64,000 nucleotides of DNA from positions 46,686,001 through 46,750,000 of the forward strand of contig OX597827.1 in assembly GCA_951406725.2 (NCBI GenBank), read 5' to 3'. Below, in pieces: positions 43,381 to 57,512 of this stretch (position 1 is its first letter; each line of letters starts with the position of its first letter). Origin of the DNA: Octopus vulgaris. Its lineage: Eukaryota. The notes under the pieces are model-generated. The model made no database searches and was not told the DNA's origin. It saw only the letters and a program-made list of their open reading frames with translations. The translations under genes were made by a program, and so were the position numbers.

Positions 43381-43996
43381 ATCTGCCCAGTCCTGGCTAA
43401 GAAGGAATATATTCACAGACATGACAGAGTTGGAACCTACATATATTGGAAGCTATGCCAACATTATGGAATAACAACAGAAAAAAGATGGTATAGGCAC
43501 ACACCAGAAAAGGTCACAGAAAACGAGAAAGCAACCATACTCTGGGATATGCCGATACACACAGATAGAGAAATTAAGGCCAACAGACCAGATATAGTTG
43601 TCAGAGATCATGAAGAAAAAAATGCTTTCTAATTGATGTATCAATACCAGCAGATGACAAAGTGTCTCTAAAAGAAATGGAGAAACTCTCAAAATACAAA
43701 GACCTGGAAATAGAGGTAACTAGAATGTGGAATCTGAAAACAGAAACAATTCCTATCATAGTAGGTGCATTAGGCATGATAAAAAAAATATTCAGACAAA
43801 TACATAACAAAAACACCAGGACTTACAAACACATATAACATACAGAAAATTGCACTACTAGGCACTGCACACATCCTACGCAGAACACTTTCCATACAAT
43901 AACCATCAGAGCATCACAACAAATCACAGCACATACCCAAGGCACACAGAGCTGCGCTCGATAGTGAAGTGAAAGCACGCTATAAAAATAAAACTA

Positions 43997-44000
<4 letters not shown>
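43381..44000 (+). mobile_element. 5'-truncated R4/Dong-like non-LTR retrotransposon (family 2), RLE domain with two A-run frameshifts
   Basis: CPVLAKKEYIHRHDRV..WDMPIHTDREIKANRPDIVV../CFLIDVSIP..KLSKYKDLEIEVTRMW..IVGALG../GTAHILRRTLSIQ*, followed by a 3' UTR and (TAA)n. Confidence 0.9.
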
Positions 44001-44073
<73 letters not shown>

Positions 44074-44074
<1 letters not shown>

Positions 44075-45732
44075 TGTCACCACTCCTCTTTTGTTTATCC
44101 TTAATACCTCTCTCAAAGCTGCTCAATGACGCGCAGTACGGGTATAAAATGTTTGATAAAAATATAAATCATCTCGTTTACATGGATGATTTAAAGCTTT
44201 TTGCAAAAAATGATCAACAACTCAAGGGCTTACTAGCGATAGTCAAACAATTCAGTGACGACATCAGAATGCAATTCGGCCTCGATAAATGTGCAAAGGC
44301 TACCTTTATCAAAGGAAAAATGACAGAAACATCTAACGTTAACCTTGACCAACAGAATGTCATAAAAGAACTAGACCCAGCGGAGAGCTACAAGTACCTA
44401 GGGATAATTGAAGGGAACGGAATAAGGCATTCAGAGATGAAGGAAAGGATCAGGAGAGAATGCTATCGAAGAGTGAGAGCAATACTCAAGACAGAGCTGA
44501 ATGCAAGAAACAGGATCGAAGCAATCAATGCATTAGCTATACCAGTCGTGACTTACAGTTTCAATATTGTTAACTGGTCAATTACTGAAATATGTCAGCT
44601 CGACAGAAAAATAAGGAAACTGTTGACAATGCATAGAATGCACCACCCTAAGGCAGATACAGAACGACTCTATCTGCCAAGAAAAAGAGGAGGCCGTGGT
44701 CTTTTGCAACTGGCAATATCAATGAAGATTGCTACAATTGGCCTAGACACCTACCTGAAAAACTCTGAGGACTGGATGCTAAAACTTGTCTCAAAACATG
44801 AAAACAAGAAAGCATCATACTCAGTCACAAAACAGGCAAAGGAATATCTAAGTGAATTCCGAATACAACCAATTTCGGAGATAGATATACAAGAAACAAG
44901 CACAGAAAAAGCTAGGCGCATGAAAACCCGTGTCAAAACTGCGGCCTTAGATATTCTGAATAATAAATGGCAAGAAAAACCTCTCTATGGCAAATACCCA
45001 AAGAGAGCGAATAATGCAGATATCGACAAAGCCCTGACCCATCAATGGCTAATGGCCTCTGGCTTAAAATCTGAAACAGAGGGGTTTATCATAGCAGCTC
45101 AAGATCAATGCCTACCAACAAGAAACTACCAGGCCAACATATTAAAGATCAGAAGCAGTCCAACGTGTCGTGTATGCAAGCAACAAAATGAAACCATTGA
45201 CCATGTGGTCTCCAAGTGCAGTCTTCTAGCGCCTACAGAGTATCTCAACAGGCACGATAGAGCTGCACAATATATTCACTGGGTAATCTGTAAAAACCTG
45301 GATTTGCCCCATGAAAAAAACTGGTGGGAACACAAACCACCCCCAGTGCTTGAAAATGACCACATCTCACTCCTCTGGAACTTCACCATTCAAACTGACA
45401 GGAAGATAGATGCAAATAGGCCAGACATCATATTGAAAAACTTCAAACAAAGAACATGCCTACTCATTGATATGACTGTCCCAATCGATATAAACGTATC
45501 TGTCAAGACCTACCAAAAACTGAGCAAATATAAAGATCTTGAAATAGAAATCAGCAAAATGTGGAAGCTGAAGACTAAAACAATACCTGTTGTCATAGGT
45601 GCCCTGGGAATGATAGCAAAAGGGGCTGATAGCTACCTAACTCAGATACCAGGAAACCCAAAAATGGCAGAAGTTCAAAAGATAGTGCTCATGGGAACTG
45701 CTCATATCCTACGCAAAATACTCTCTATGTAA
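44074..45732 (+). CDS. Partial RT, CCHC zinc knuckle and restriction-like endonuclease ORF (5'-truncated; the ATG at 44149 is internal)
   Basis: In-frame LSPLLFCLSLIPLS upstream of the ATG; HLVYMDDLKL, YKYLG, GGRGL, CRVC..ETIDHVVSKC, RHD, RPDI..LIDMTVP..KLSKY; no stops or frameshifts. Confidence 0.92.
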
Positions 45733-45961
45733 TCTCAAGGTTTAAAACAAACATAATTTTCGGTTTAAAAAAAAAAAAAAAAAAAAAAAAAACTTTTTTT
45801 TTTTTTCTTTTTAGACATTCATTAGTACAACATCCCCACCCCCCAAATATATGGCACACTAGGCATAACAACAACATGAACTTACAACCCTGTTGTCTCT
45901 TGAGGTCTCTGGGTGAGACTTGGAGCCAACTTGTACAAATATAAAGCAAAAGTCAAACATA

Positions 45962-45962
<1 letters not shown>
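44074..45962 (+). mobile_element. 5'-truncated R4/Dong-like non-LTR retrotransposon (family 3)
   Basis: Begins abruptly after (TAA)n inside the RT domain, has a ~230 bp 3' UTR, and ends in (TAA)n. Confidence 0.93.
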
Positions 45963-46002
<40 letters not shown>

Positions 46003-46555
46003 GCAATAATATAGCCATTAGCCGTATTTGTCATATGTGGCTGTAAAAGATTTGGAAGATCAAGCAAAGATGGCTGAAGATGCAAAGATGGCTGAAGGGA
46101 ATGTACATAGAAGTGTCCTATGATGATCTTCAGTTGATGGAAGATGAAGAAAAATAAACGAGCTGCTGATTAGTTCTGTATATATGCATGCAGATACCCA
46201 AAAGCTAACGAAGCTCTACGCAGTTATTTGATCTGCTAGAAAAAACAGCTAGTGTATCTCAAATCACACATCATCGCAAAAAAAGAGGGCACAATAGATT
46301 ATGTAGCTTCACATGCATTGTGTACACATTAAAACACTGGAATTGGATCGAGACAGTAGGAATGTTACTGGGAATGTTAATAAGTCTGAAAGCTCAAGAG
46401 GTGTCTGGGGGTAAATAACACGTTTAACAATAATGCATTCACTGTGCCTCATTGTCGAAATAACAAAGGGTCTCTATACAGTCGTCCGAAATGCTAGACA
46501 TAGCAACCAAATCTCTCAGTCACATCTTATAAATGGTCGAAACAAGGAACAAATG

Positions 46556-46601
<46 letters not shown>

Positions 46602-46683
46602 TGCACACACACATACACACACACATACACACTCACACACACACTCACACATTCATACACGCTCATAGACAGATACACGTTCG

Positions 46684-46757
<74 letters not shown>

Positions 46758-47669
46758 CATACATACATACATACATACATACATACATACATACATACAT
46801 ACATACGTACGTACGTACGTACATATATGTGTGTGTGTGCGCATACATACACACATAAAAGCCGGAATGGTCACGGCTGGAATGCATTTGCTTGTAGATA
46901 TGTTAGTTCAAGGTCAACCTAGGGCGAAACAACAACAATACTAATAACACAACAACAACAACAGCAAAACAATAACAACAATCAAGGCGAATATGTAGCG
47001 TTCTGAGATGAATTGTTGTTATCCGGATATAAAGCATTTCCCGGATTATTGATCTTATCTTTAGAATATATATATTTATATTTACAGTAGGTTTCGATCA
47101 GTTTGATATCCGATCGATCTGTAGTGTAAATATGAAATATTACACTCTGATGATGAGGTTAATAGGCTGGAAAATTACCATCTGAATTGGCTTTGATAGT
47201 CTGGCAATCTCTATTTGTCTGTCTGTCTGTCTCTCTCTCTCTGGCTGTTTGCCTCTCTGTTCTTGCTCCTCTTTCTCATTACATAAACACGGTAAACATA
47301 TTCAAATTTTTTTTTTATTCTTTTATTCTTTAACTTGTTTTAGTCATTATGACTGTGGCTATGCTGGAGCACCGCCTTGAAGAGTTTTTTTTAGTCGAAT
47401 AAATCGATCCCAGGACTTATGTTTTTGTAAGCCTAGTACTTATTCTGTCGCTCTCTGAGACTGAGGCGGGAACCGTGTGGTTGGGAAGCAAGCTTCTTAC
47501 CATACAGCCAGCCACGCCTATATATATATACATATATATATACATACATATATATATACATATACACACATATATACATATATATATACATATACATATA
47601 TATATATATATACATATATACATACATATGTATATATATATATACATATATACATATACATATATATAT

Positions 47670-47742
<73 letters not shown>

Positions 47743-48871
47743 TTAGCAATTAATAAATTGGATCTTGAGATATACACAATACTTGGATATGTGACTATCA
47801 ATGTCACTACATTGTACCATACTTTGCACGTGTATAGTATGTTGGTGTGTAGCGGGGGCCCTTTACAGCCAAGCCAGCTCATTTGGCTTTGTCCTGTTGC
47901 AGTTAATAGTAGCACAAAGCACCCAGTTTGCCGCCGAATGTCGGCTAGAAGCTGAGGGTATGTGACAAGGGCCGCCGCCAGAAGCTGAAAGATGCTGTTT
48001 TGGACTTAAAGTGCCGCAAAATGTAACAGAACCCGAAACGATATGAGTGCTAAGCGAGTTGTCTTAAACATGCAGCCATCTAAAAAAACGTTTTTTCTAA
48101 CTACAAGGAAAAACAAAAAAAAAAAAATGAAACAACAAAAGCAAAGCCCGCCCCCACCATTACCCCTCCACACTTACAATAATTTTATATTCAATGTAAT
48201 CACCCATAAAACATGTATAAATATAGAGTATAAAAAATCATGACAGAAGAAAGAAAGAAAGAAAGAAAGAAGGGTATGGAGTGAAGTGAGAAAAAATAGA
48301 TATGATATGAAAGAAAGAACGAGTGAGAGCGAGAGAGAGAGAGAGAGTGAAAGAGAGATAGATAGAATGAGAGATAGATAGACTGAGAAGAAATATAGAC
48401 ATAGAGTATAAAAGAAAGAAGGAAATATATCTTTTGAAGAAGGTAAAGAATGGAAAAAGATAAGGGATGAAGGAATAAATGGAGATAACAAGAAAAGAAG
48501 TAAGCAAGAAATTGCACGAAGAAGAAAGAAAGAAAGAAAGAAAGAAAGGAAGAAAGGAAAGACTAAAGGAAGGAAGGAAGGAGAGAAGCGGCTTTATTGA
48601 AATTTTCCTGGCAAAAGGATTGGCGCCTTGTAAAGATTAATGAAGTTAGATGTATAATAAATAAAAGCTATTGCTGTAACAGTCACGTGTGTGTGTGTAG
48701 ATTCAAGCACACACACACACGCACATCCATACGCCCACACTTACACACACTTACACACATACACACACATACATGCACCCACCCACACACTTATGGATAT
48801 ACACACAAACAAACACTTACACAATCGCATACTCACACACACTCACACACTTATGGATATACATTCATACC

Positions 48872-48914
<43 letters not shown>

Positions 48915-49111
48915 TCATAGATACACACTCAGATCCAACCAACCAATCCATACAGAGATATGGAGTTATGTATGTGTATATATTTGTATGTTTGTGTGTT
49001 TGTGTATATATGTATACATACATAGACACATATACATATATATGCATATATCTACATTTATATTAGTAAATGTATATACATATATATGTATACATGTCCG
49101 TGTGTATATGA

Positions 49112-49185
<74 letters not shown>

Positions 49186-49638
49186 ATATGATACACGCGT
49201 GTATGTACCTGTCAAGATGTATATCTGTATCTATATATCTATTCAAAAGAATGTCTTACAATATGTAATACATGCATTTACGTATATATATATATATATA
49301 TATAATTACACACACACACACACATATATATATATGCATGCATATATGTATATATATAAATGTACATATATGCATATATATATATGTATATATACACACA
49401 CATACATAATACATATACAGACACATGCACACACACACACATGTATGTATATATACACCTATACACACATATATGGAGGGGAAGGAATGAACAGGAATAA
49501 ATAAATTGAAAAATAGGCAGCTAGATAAAAGTATTCTCTGAAAATGCAAATCAGAATAATTCTCTTGTAGATATCAGTTGATGTAATGCAAAGAATATAC
49601 AGCATTAGAAAATTGTGGTATTACATAACTAGTATACA

Positions 49639-49731
<93 letters not shown>

Positions 49732-50009
49732 ATAGTGTCAGCATCATCATCGTAAGATTGTGGTTTCGGTTCCTAGACCGGGCGAAGCGGTGTGTTCTTG
49801 AGCAAAACACTTCATTTCACGTTGCTCCAGTCCACTCAGGTGACAAAAATGAGTAACGCTGCGATGGACTGGCGTCCCGTCCAGCTGGGGAACACATACG
49901 CCATAGCAACCGGGAAACCAGGCCCATGAATCTGGCTACGCTTTAAAAGGGCGCATTTATTTATTTATTTATTATTATTATTATTATTTATTTTATTTTT
50001 TATTTTATT

Positions 50010-50337
<328 letters not shown>

Positions 50338-50693
50338 TTAGGACAGCGGACTCGCAGTCGTAGGATCACGGTTTCGATTCCCAAACCGGGCGTTGTGAGT
50401 GTTTATTGAGCAAAAACACCTAAAGCTCTACGGCACTCCGGAAGGGGTTGGTGGCAAACCTTGCTGTACTCTTTCACTACAACTTTATCGCATTCTTTCT
50501 TTCTGTTTCTGTTATATACCTGTACTTTAAAGGGCCTTGTCACACTCTGTGTCACATTGAATCTCCCTGAGAACTACTTTAAGGGTACACGTGTCTGTGG
50601 AGTGCTCAGCCACTTGCACATTAATTTCACGAGCAGGTTCCGTTGATTGGATCAACAGGAACCCTCGTCGTCGTAACCGACGGAGTGCCACGA

Positions 50694-50769
<76 letters not shown>

Positions 50770-50983
50770 ATCTATGTATGTATGTATGTATGTATGTATG
50801 TATGTATGTACGTATCTATCTATTTATCTATCTATCTATGCATATATACGTTTGTTAGAAGCATGCTAAAGACAGAAATATATAGACAAACCGGTTGAAA
50901 AAGTGAATATTTAACACATACACACACGCACACATGCATCCACATGTGTTCATACATATATTCATATCAATGGTGTATATATA

Positions 50984-51048
<65 letters not shown>

Positions 51049-52513
51049 TTGAAGGTTTGGGGATGATGTACAGGTATTTTATATTAGAAGAAATGAGGTA
51101 GTCAGAAATTCGGATGGTTTTATATTTATAGATATTTATTTGTATGTTACATGTTTTTATACATCATATATCATATATCACATATTAGCGCTTTCGTCCA
51201 TTCTAGTGGAGTCGTCAAATGTGTGTGTGTATGTGTGTATATATATATATATGTATATATACACACACTCACATTTGACGACTCCACTAGAATGTGTGTG
51301 TATATATGTATATATACACACACACACATTCAAACACCCGTAAAATACATATCAATGACATGTTTACATACATATAAATACCCTATACACCTCCATACGC
51401 AAAGAACAGCTCACAAACTCTTAAGGTACATAGACACACATACGAACACGCACATTCACGCATCTTCACCGTGCCCACCCACACATACGGAGAAAAACAT
51501 TAAGTAACCAAGAAAAATAATTACAATTATTTGTAAGATTGATCAAACAATGAAATCGATTTATTGATTAAAGTTTTAGAAATGTTTGATATTATGTGAA
51601 GCAACAGATACTCTGAAGCAGGAGAAATTCTACCGAGATGATGTTTACGTTATCTTTCTCCTTCTAGCTTCCTCTCTAACGGGCACAATGCGGACGCACT
51701 CCCTTTTGCATCATCTCTAACGTATTCGCTTACGATCTCTCTCTCTCTTTCTTTCTCTCTGTCTATTTGGTTGACTGCTTATTTTACCTTCATTCACATT
51801 CTCCATTGCTTTCTCGTTCTCTCTCTTTCTCACTCACTTTCTTTCTTTCTCTCTCTCTCTCTCTCTCTATCTTTCCCTCTGTCTCTCTGTCTCTGTCTCT
51901 GTCTCTTGGTCTGTCTCTCCCTCCTACCGCCTCTCTCTGTCTATCGCTCATCACTTTCTATTTCTCACATTTGCCATCTAATTCCCACATTTCTCTGCCC
52001 CTTATTCACACTCTTGATCACTCCCCCCTCCCTGTCATACACAGACCCACACACATTCACACATACTCTCTCTCTATATATATATCTCTATATATTTATC
52101 TACACACACACACACATATATATATATACACACACATATACATGTGTGTGTGTCTATCTACCTATTAGTATATGTATACATATATACATACATATACGCA
52201 TACATATAGCTTATTATCTCTCTCTCTCTCTCTCTCTATCTATATTATATATGCACGTTCGTACACATGTACATACGCACACAAATATATATCATGTCCT
52301 CCCAAAAGTAATGTTCCAAATCTGATATATTGTAAAATGTCTAGCTTCTTTTTTTATCATATTAAAATACCAGAATGGCAACAGTGCATATTACAATGGC
52401 CTTGTGCAGCTGTCATATGGTAATTTGTGTTGTTATAGGTATGAATTACACCATTCAACTTCTGCATTGATTTCTCACCCCCAGAGATGTAAATGTTGAT
52501 GGAATATCTAACG

Positions 52514-52580
52514 CAGTTGTGCCCAACATATTTTGCGCCACGACCGGTGTGATGAAGACAATTTTCCCACTGATCGTGGG
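52514..52580. mobile_element. hAT/Charlie-like terminus fragment
   Basis: CAGTTGTGCCCAAC..GACCGG..GAAGACAATTTTCCCAC resembles MER1-type ends (from memory); no second TIR found. Confidence 0.35.
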
Positions 52581-53259
52581 AGCATAAGCATGGTCAAACA
52601 CAATAAAGGGCGTAATATATCATTTAATTATTACATATATGGTACATACATATCGTTGCTATAACCGTAAACTGTCGTATGTTCATATTTGGCCAAATGT
52701 ATTTTTTTCAATATTAAATCTTGCTTGCAATAGCCGGTTCTTTTGGTCAACCTATCGTATCACCAGCTGCTTCAGATGAAAAATGTCAAAGTGCAGTACA
52801 GCGATTTAGTATTTTTCAAAAGAGCTGTAAGTCCCACATACGACAGTTTTGTAAAAATATTTCTGACTGAAAATATAATACATGCATGGAGTTACGATTT
52901 TATGTACCCAACAAAGTACGATTGTTAAGCTGAAACTGTTGCTAACATAAAAAGAAATGGAATGGCGAAACTATGTTTTCGTAAAAGCAACATTTTGGAC
53001 TTACGACACTTTTGCATAATAGTAATGATATACAGTTATTATTCTTAAACAAGAATACCATTGGCAGCTAACTTCGAAGTCGCTGTTAATAATATTCTTG
53101 TTTAAGAATAATAAATTTATACATTACAAAAATATAGAGTAACTTATCAGATTAATGTAAAATTATTTTAATTATAACTGAACATAAACAAACATTAATA
53201 TAATATAGTATAATATAATAAATTATATATACATATATATATATTATATATTCTACTGA

Positions 53260-53410
53260 TACTTTCGCCACAACTTTCTCTCACTCTTTCCTCCTGCATC
53301 TTGCAGCTCACCTGCGACGGATCGGCGACCCGTCCAGGTGGGGAACCTATACGCCAAGGAAACCGGGAAACCCGGCCCTTATGAGCCAGGCGTGGCTCGA
53401 GAAGGAACAA
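53260..53410 (+). mobile_element. SINE fragment: H1 distal segment plus tail T3
   Basis: CCACAACTTTCTCTCACTCTT (H1 end) joined to GCGACGGA..CCAGGTGGGGAACCTATACGCC..GGCTCGAGAAGGAAC (T3). Confidence 0.75.
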
Positions 53411-54567
53411 AGAATATGTATATGTGTATGTGTGTGTGTGAGTGTGTGAGTGTGCGTGTGTGTGAGTGTGTGTGTGTGTGCGTGTGCGCGCATGTCTTGT
53501 TTATACATTTATATTATATGCTTGCTTATGTAAAATAGTAAAAAAGTTGAAAATGTTTAAAATTTCATAAAGTGTATTCCTCTTGAGAAACGTAATGTCC
53601 GTTAAGCAAGGTTTTACCGACCCATTATTTAGCCTAATACCACATCCCCTCAGATAAACAATCTACTTGATGAAAAACAAATTATATATGTGTATATGTA
53701 TATATGAATATATATATATATATAAATATATATATCTACATCTATCTATCTATCTATCTATCTATCTAGCTAGCTATCTATATGTATGTGTCTATATCTA
53801 TCTAACTATTTGCACACACACACACACACATATTATATACGAGTATATGTATATATATATATATTCAACAAATATATTTGCATAAATTAATATACATATA
53901 AATATTTATATATATATATATATGGATATATGTACACATCTATTTGTAAATACATACATATATGTATGTATGCATGTATGTATGTATGTATGTATGTATG
54001 TATGTATGTATGTATGTATGTATGTATGTTTGTGTGTGTGTGTGTATATATATATGCATATATATCTTACCAATCACACTTACAGGAGTAATAGTGTATA
54101 TATATAAATATACACACACACACATTACTATCATATAGAGAGGAAAGTAGCAGAAGAGATGTAGGTGAGTGGGGTTGAAAAAAAAATGACAGTCGTGGGA
54201 AACGTTTGTTAAAATTTATGTGCTGTGTTATCTGCCAAGCTTTTCGAAAAGACAAAAAGAAACAGAGGCTAATTAAATTCCCTTCAGACTTATTTTCGCA
54301 ATGAGTCATTTGTCCACTTACAATAAATAACAATAATTCAATTTTTTTTTATAGCCTTCACCAATATTCATATTGTCTGGTTGGGGAGAGGAAGGTAGCG
54401 AGGGTATAAAAAAATGTTCTGTTTTTTTTCTTTGTTTTATTCGGTTTTTATCTTCCATAGTTTCACATGAAAGGAAAGTATTTAAAAGAAAAAAAAAACA
54501 TTTCTTAAAAAAAATTATGTATGACTTCATCTCTCACCCTCGACATTTTTGTATGTATGTATGTATG

Positions 54568-54627
<60 letters not shown>

Positions 54628-54639
54628 CTTTTATTATTT

Positions 54640-55225
54640 TATGCGTTTCAGCCCAAAGTCTGTGGCCATGCTGGGGCACAGCCAGGATCATCACCTATTC
54701 AATGGCCACTCCCACGTGATTGGTTTTTGGTGAAGGAGGGAATTTTGATAGTGCTACCTTCCTTTTTTTTGAGATTCTGGATGTGATGTAGATTCACCTG
54801 GAATGTTGGACAGTAGAAAATCAAGCTGTTTCTTGAAATCATTCATCCCTGGTCCATGTCGATCTTTCAGGGTTTTCGGCAAGATATCAAACAGCTGTGG
54901 GTTTTTGAATGTCGAATTTATTGCAATATCTGTACCTCACTGTAGATAGGGTGGGTGGAACTTAACTTTGGTACAATGTTGTAGAGTCCTATTCGGGAGC
55001 TTCTATAACTCTCGATGCCAAAATATGATGCCAGCCACTCTAGGACCTTTCATATGTATATCGCTGCATATTTCTCCTGCCTTAGCACCATGGAGTAGAG
55101 TACTAATTCTTTTAGTATTGCCCAGTAGCCGAACTGTTCTATAGGTGCAATTTCCCTGGTGTAGTACAGCTGCAACTGCTTCGAGTTCCGCTATTAATTT
55201 GACGCTGTGGGATGACCAAACATCC
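54640..55225 (-). mobile_element. Decayed CR1/L2-like LINE 3' fragment
   Basis: WSSHSVKLIAELEAV, PQLFDILPKTLKD..FKKQLDFLLSNIPGE, and tail GTGCCCCAGCATGGCCACAG..CTGAAAC. Confidence 0.8.
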
Positions 55226-56350
55226 GTCCCCTGAATACGAGGAATTACTTGTCTTCTTCTATAGGGGCGGGGAGGTGGAAAAATGGTGGAGGAACTCCAA
55301 GAGAGAGTAGATCTGGCCTGCATACGGGACCATGAATTGTCCCAGCAGTTAGGTGTGTAGGTCATAAGGTTATCCATGTTGCAAAAACTGAAAGAGGAAT
55401 ATCGCTTATGGCCGGGTGGCCCTGATACGTCATACGCCTCATTTTTTAATGAGGCATGGGGAATGACGGGATATGGGGTTATAAGCGATTTTGAAGTTGA
55501 TGGACATTAGTGTTAAATGGTAAAAGGTTTTGAAAAATTAGTTAATAGACTATATAACATTCATATAAAATACAGTGTACATTTAAACACATTAAGAGGT
55601 TTCCATCATAGGAATCCTTTACGCTAGAAAGAACAGCTAAAGTCCAAGGGATAAATTCACGAAGAGAATAAAAAATAAAAACATTTACCATCTCTTTCCT
55701 GGACCATGGAATTAGGATTTTATCCTTAATTAGTTGTTTGGATATTAGCTGTTCCTTCTAGCGTAAGGGAGTCCTACGATGGAAAACTCTTACTGTGTTT
55801 AAATGTACACTGTATATTATATGAATAATATATAGTCTATTGACAAATTTTTCTATACACTAGGCCACTGGTAGTAAAAATTTCTAAAATCTTTATTACC
55901 CTGATATTATTAATTATGCATAATGATTTCTGGTAAATTCGTTCGAAGAAATTGCCGGCATCTTTTTTGCTGCCGACAAAATAGACTGCGCTTGAGTGGT
56001 GGATTTGAAAAAAATTAAAATATATAAGCAAGAGCTACTTGCTGGATTGGCCTCGTCTTTATATACTTAATCTTGGCGTCCCTGCTGAAGAAGACTTCAC
56101 CTGGCAAAGTATTTTATTTACTAGAATAAGTCAGAAATCATGGTAAATGTTTTTATTTTTCATTCCCTTCGAGAATTTATCCCTAATTAGTGGTTTGGAC
56201 TTTAGCTGTTCTTTCTAGCGTAAAGATGGAAACCTCTTAATGTGTTTAAATGTACACTGTATTTTATAGGAATAATATATAGTCTATTGACTAATTTTTC
56301 TATACGCTAGGCCACTGGTACTAAAAATTTCTAAAACCTTTATTACCCTG

Positions 56351-56399
<49 letters not shown>

Positions 56400-56614
56400 T
56401 ATATATTTGTCTGCGTTCGTGTGTTTATATACGAATATGCATAGATCACTGATATATGATATTCCTATGTAAATAGCTAGATAATATATATATATATATA
56501 TTTGTCTGCGTTCGTGTGTTTATATATATATATACACATATATATGTGTGTATATATGTACGTATATGGCATTCAGAAAATAATTAACAAAACACGCTTT
56601 TTGGGTTTTTATGT

Positions 56615-57512
56615 TGACCTGACATTCCAGACATTCTTGACATTCGGACATTTGAGACATCCATGACATTCCTGACATTCCGTCATTCCTGACATTCCAG
56701 ACATTCTAGCCATTCCTGACATTCCAGACATTCCAGACATTCTAGCCATTCCTGACATTCCAGACATTCCAGACATTCCTGACATTTCTGACATTCCGTC
56801 ATTCCTGACATTCCAGACATTCTAGCCATTCCCGACATTCCTGACATTCCAGACATTCTAGCCATTCCTGACATTCCAGACATTCCAGACATTCCGTCAT
56901 TCCTGACATTCCAGACATTCTAGCCATTCCTGAAATTCCTGACATTCCAGCCATTCCTGACATTCCAGACATTCCAGACATTCCAGACATCCATGACATT
57001 TCTAACATCCCAGACATTCCAGAATTCCTGACATTTCTGACATTTTTGAAATTCCTGACATCACTGGCATTCCTGACATTCCCGACATTCTAGACATTCC
57101 TGACACTCCAGACATTCTTGACATTCCAAATATTCCTGACATTCCCGATATTCCCGAAATTCCTGACATTGCCGACATTCCAGACATTCCAGACATTCCA
57201 GACATTCCAACATTCCTGACATTCTTGACATTCCTGACATTGCAGACATTCGTTAACGTCAAATCATTTAACGTGACGTTATTTGACGTTGCTTTAAATG
57301 ACGTGAAAGGACGTGACGTGGGATGGCCTGAAATGACGTGACGTTAAGTGACGTTAAATTACGCGGCATGATGTGACGTTAAACTACGTTAAATGACGTT
57401 AAATGTCGTTAAATGACATTCCTGACAATTCTGACATTTCTGACATTCAGGAATGTCTGGAATGTCGGGAATGTCAGGAATGTCAGGAATGTCGGGAATG
57501 TCAGGAATGTCT
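56615..57512. repeat. 9-bp minisatellite (CCTGACATT/CCAGACATT) with a TGACGT-rich insert and an inverted terminal block
   Basis: Roughly 70 units at 56615-57250; ACGT-rich stretch 57255-57415; orientation flips at ~57448 to (GGAATGTCA)n. Confidence 0.92.

Larger units (their letters stand above)
42895..46000. repeat. (TAA)n/(GAT)n arrays separating three RLE retrotransposon segments
   Basis: Arrays at 42895-43130, 43294-43380, 44000-44073 and 45963-46000. Confidence 0.9.

Noticed and set aside
56615-57512. Possible CRISPR-like array
   Set aside because: Contiguous tandem units with no unique spacers and no cas genes, in a eukaryotic context.
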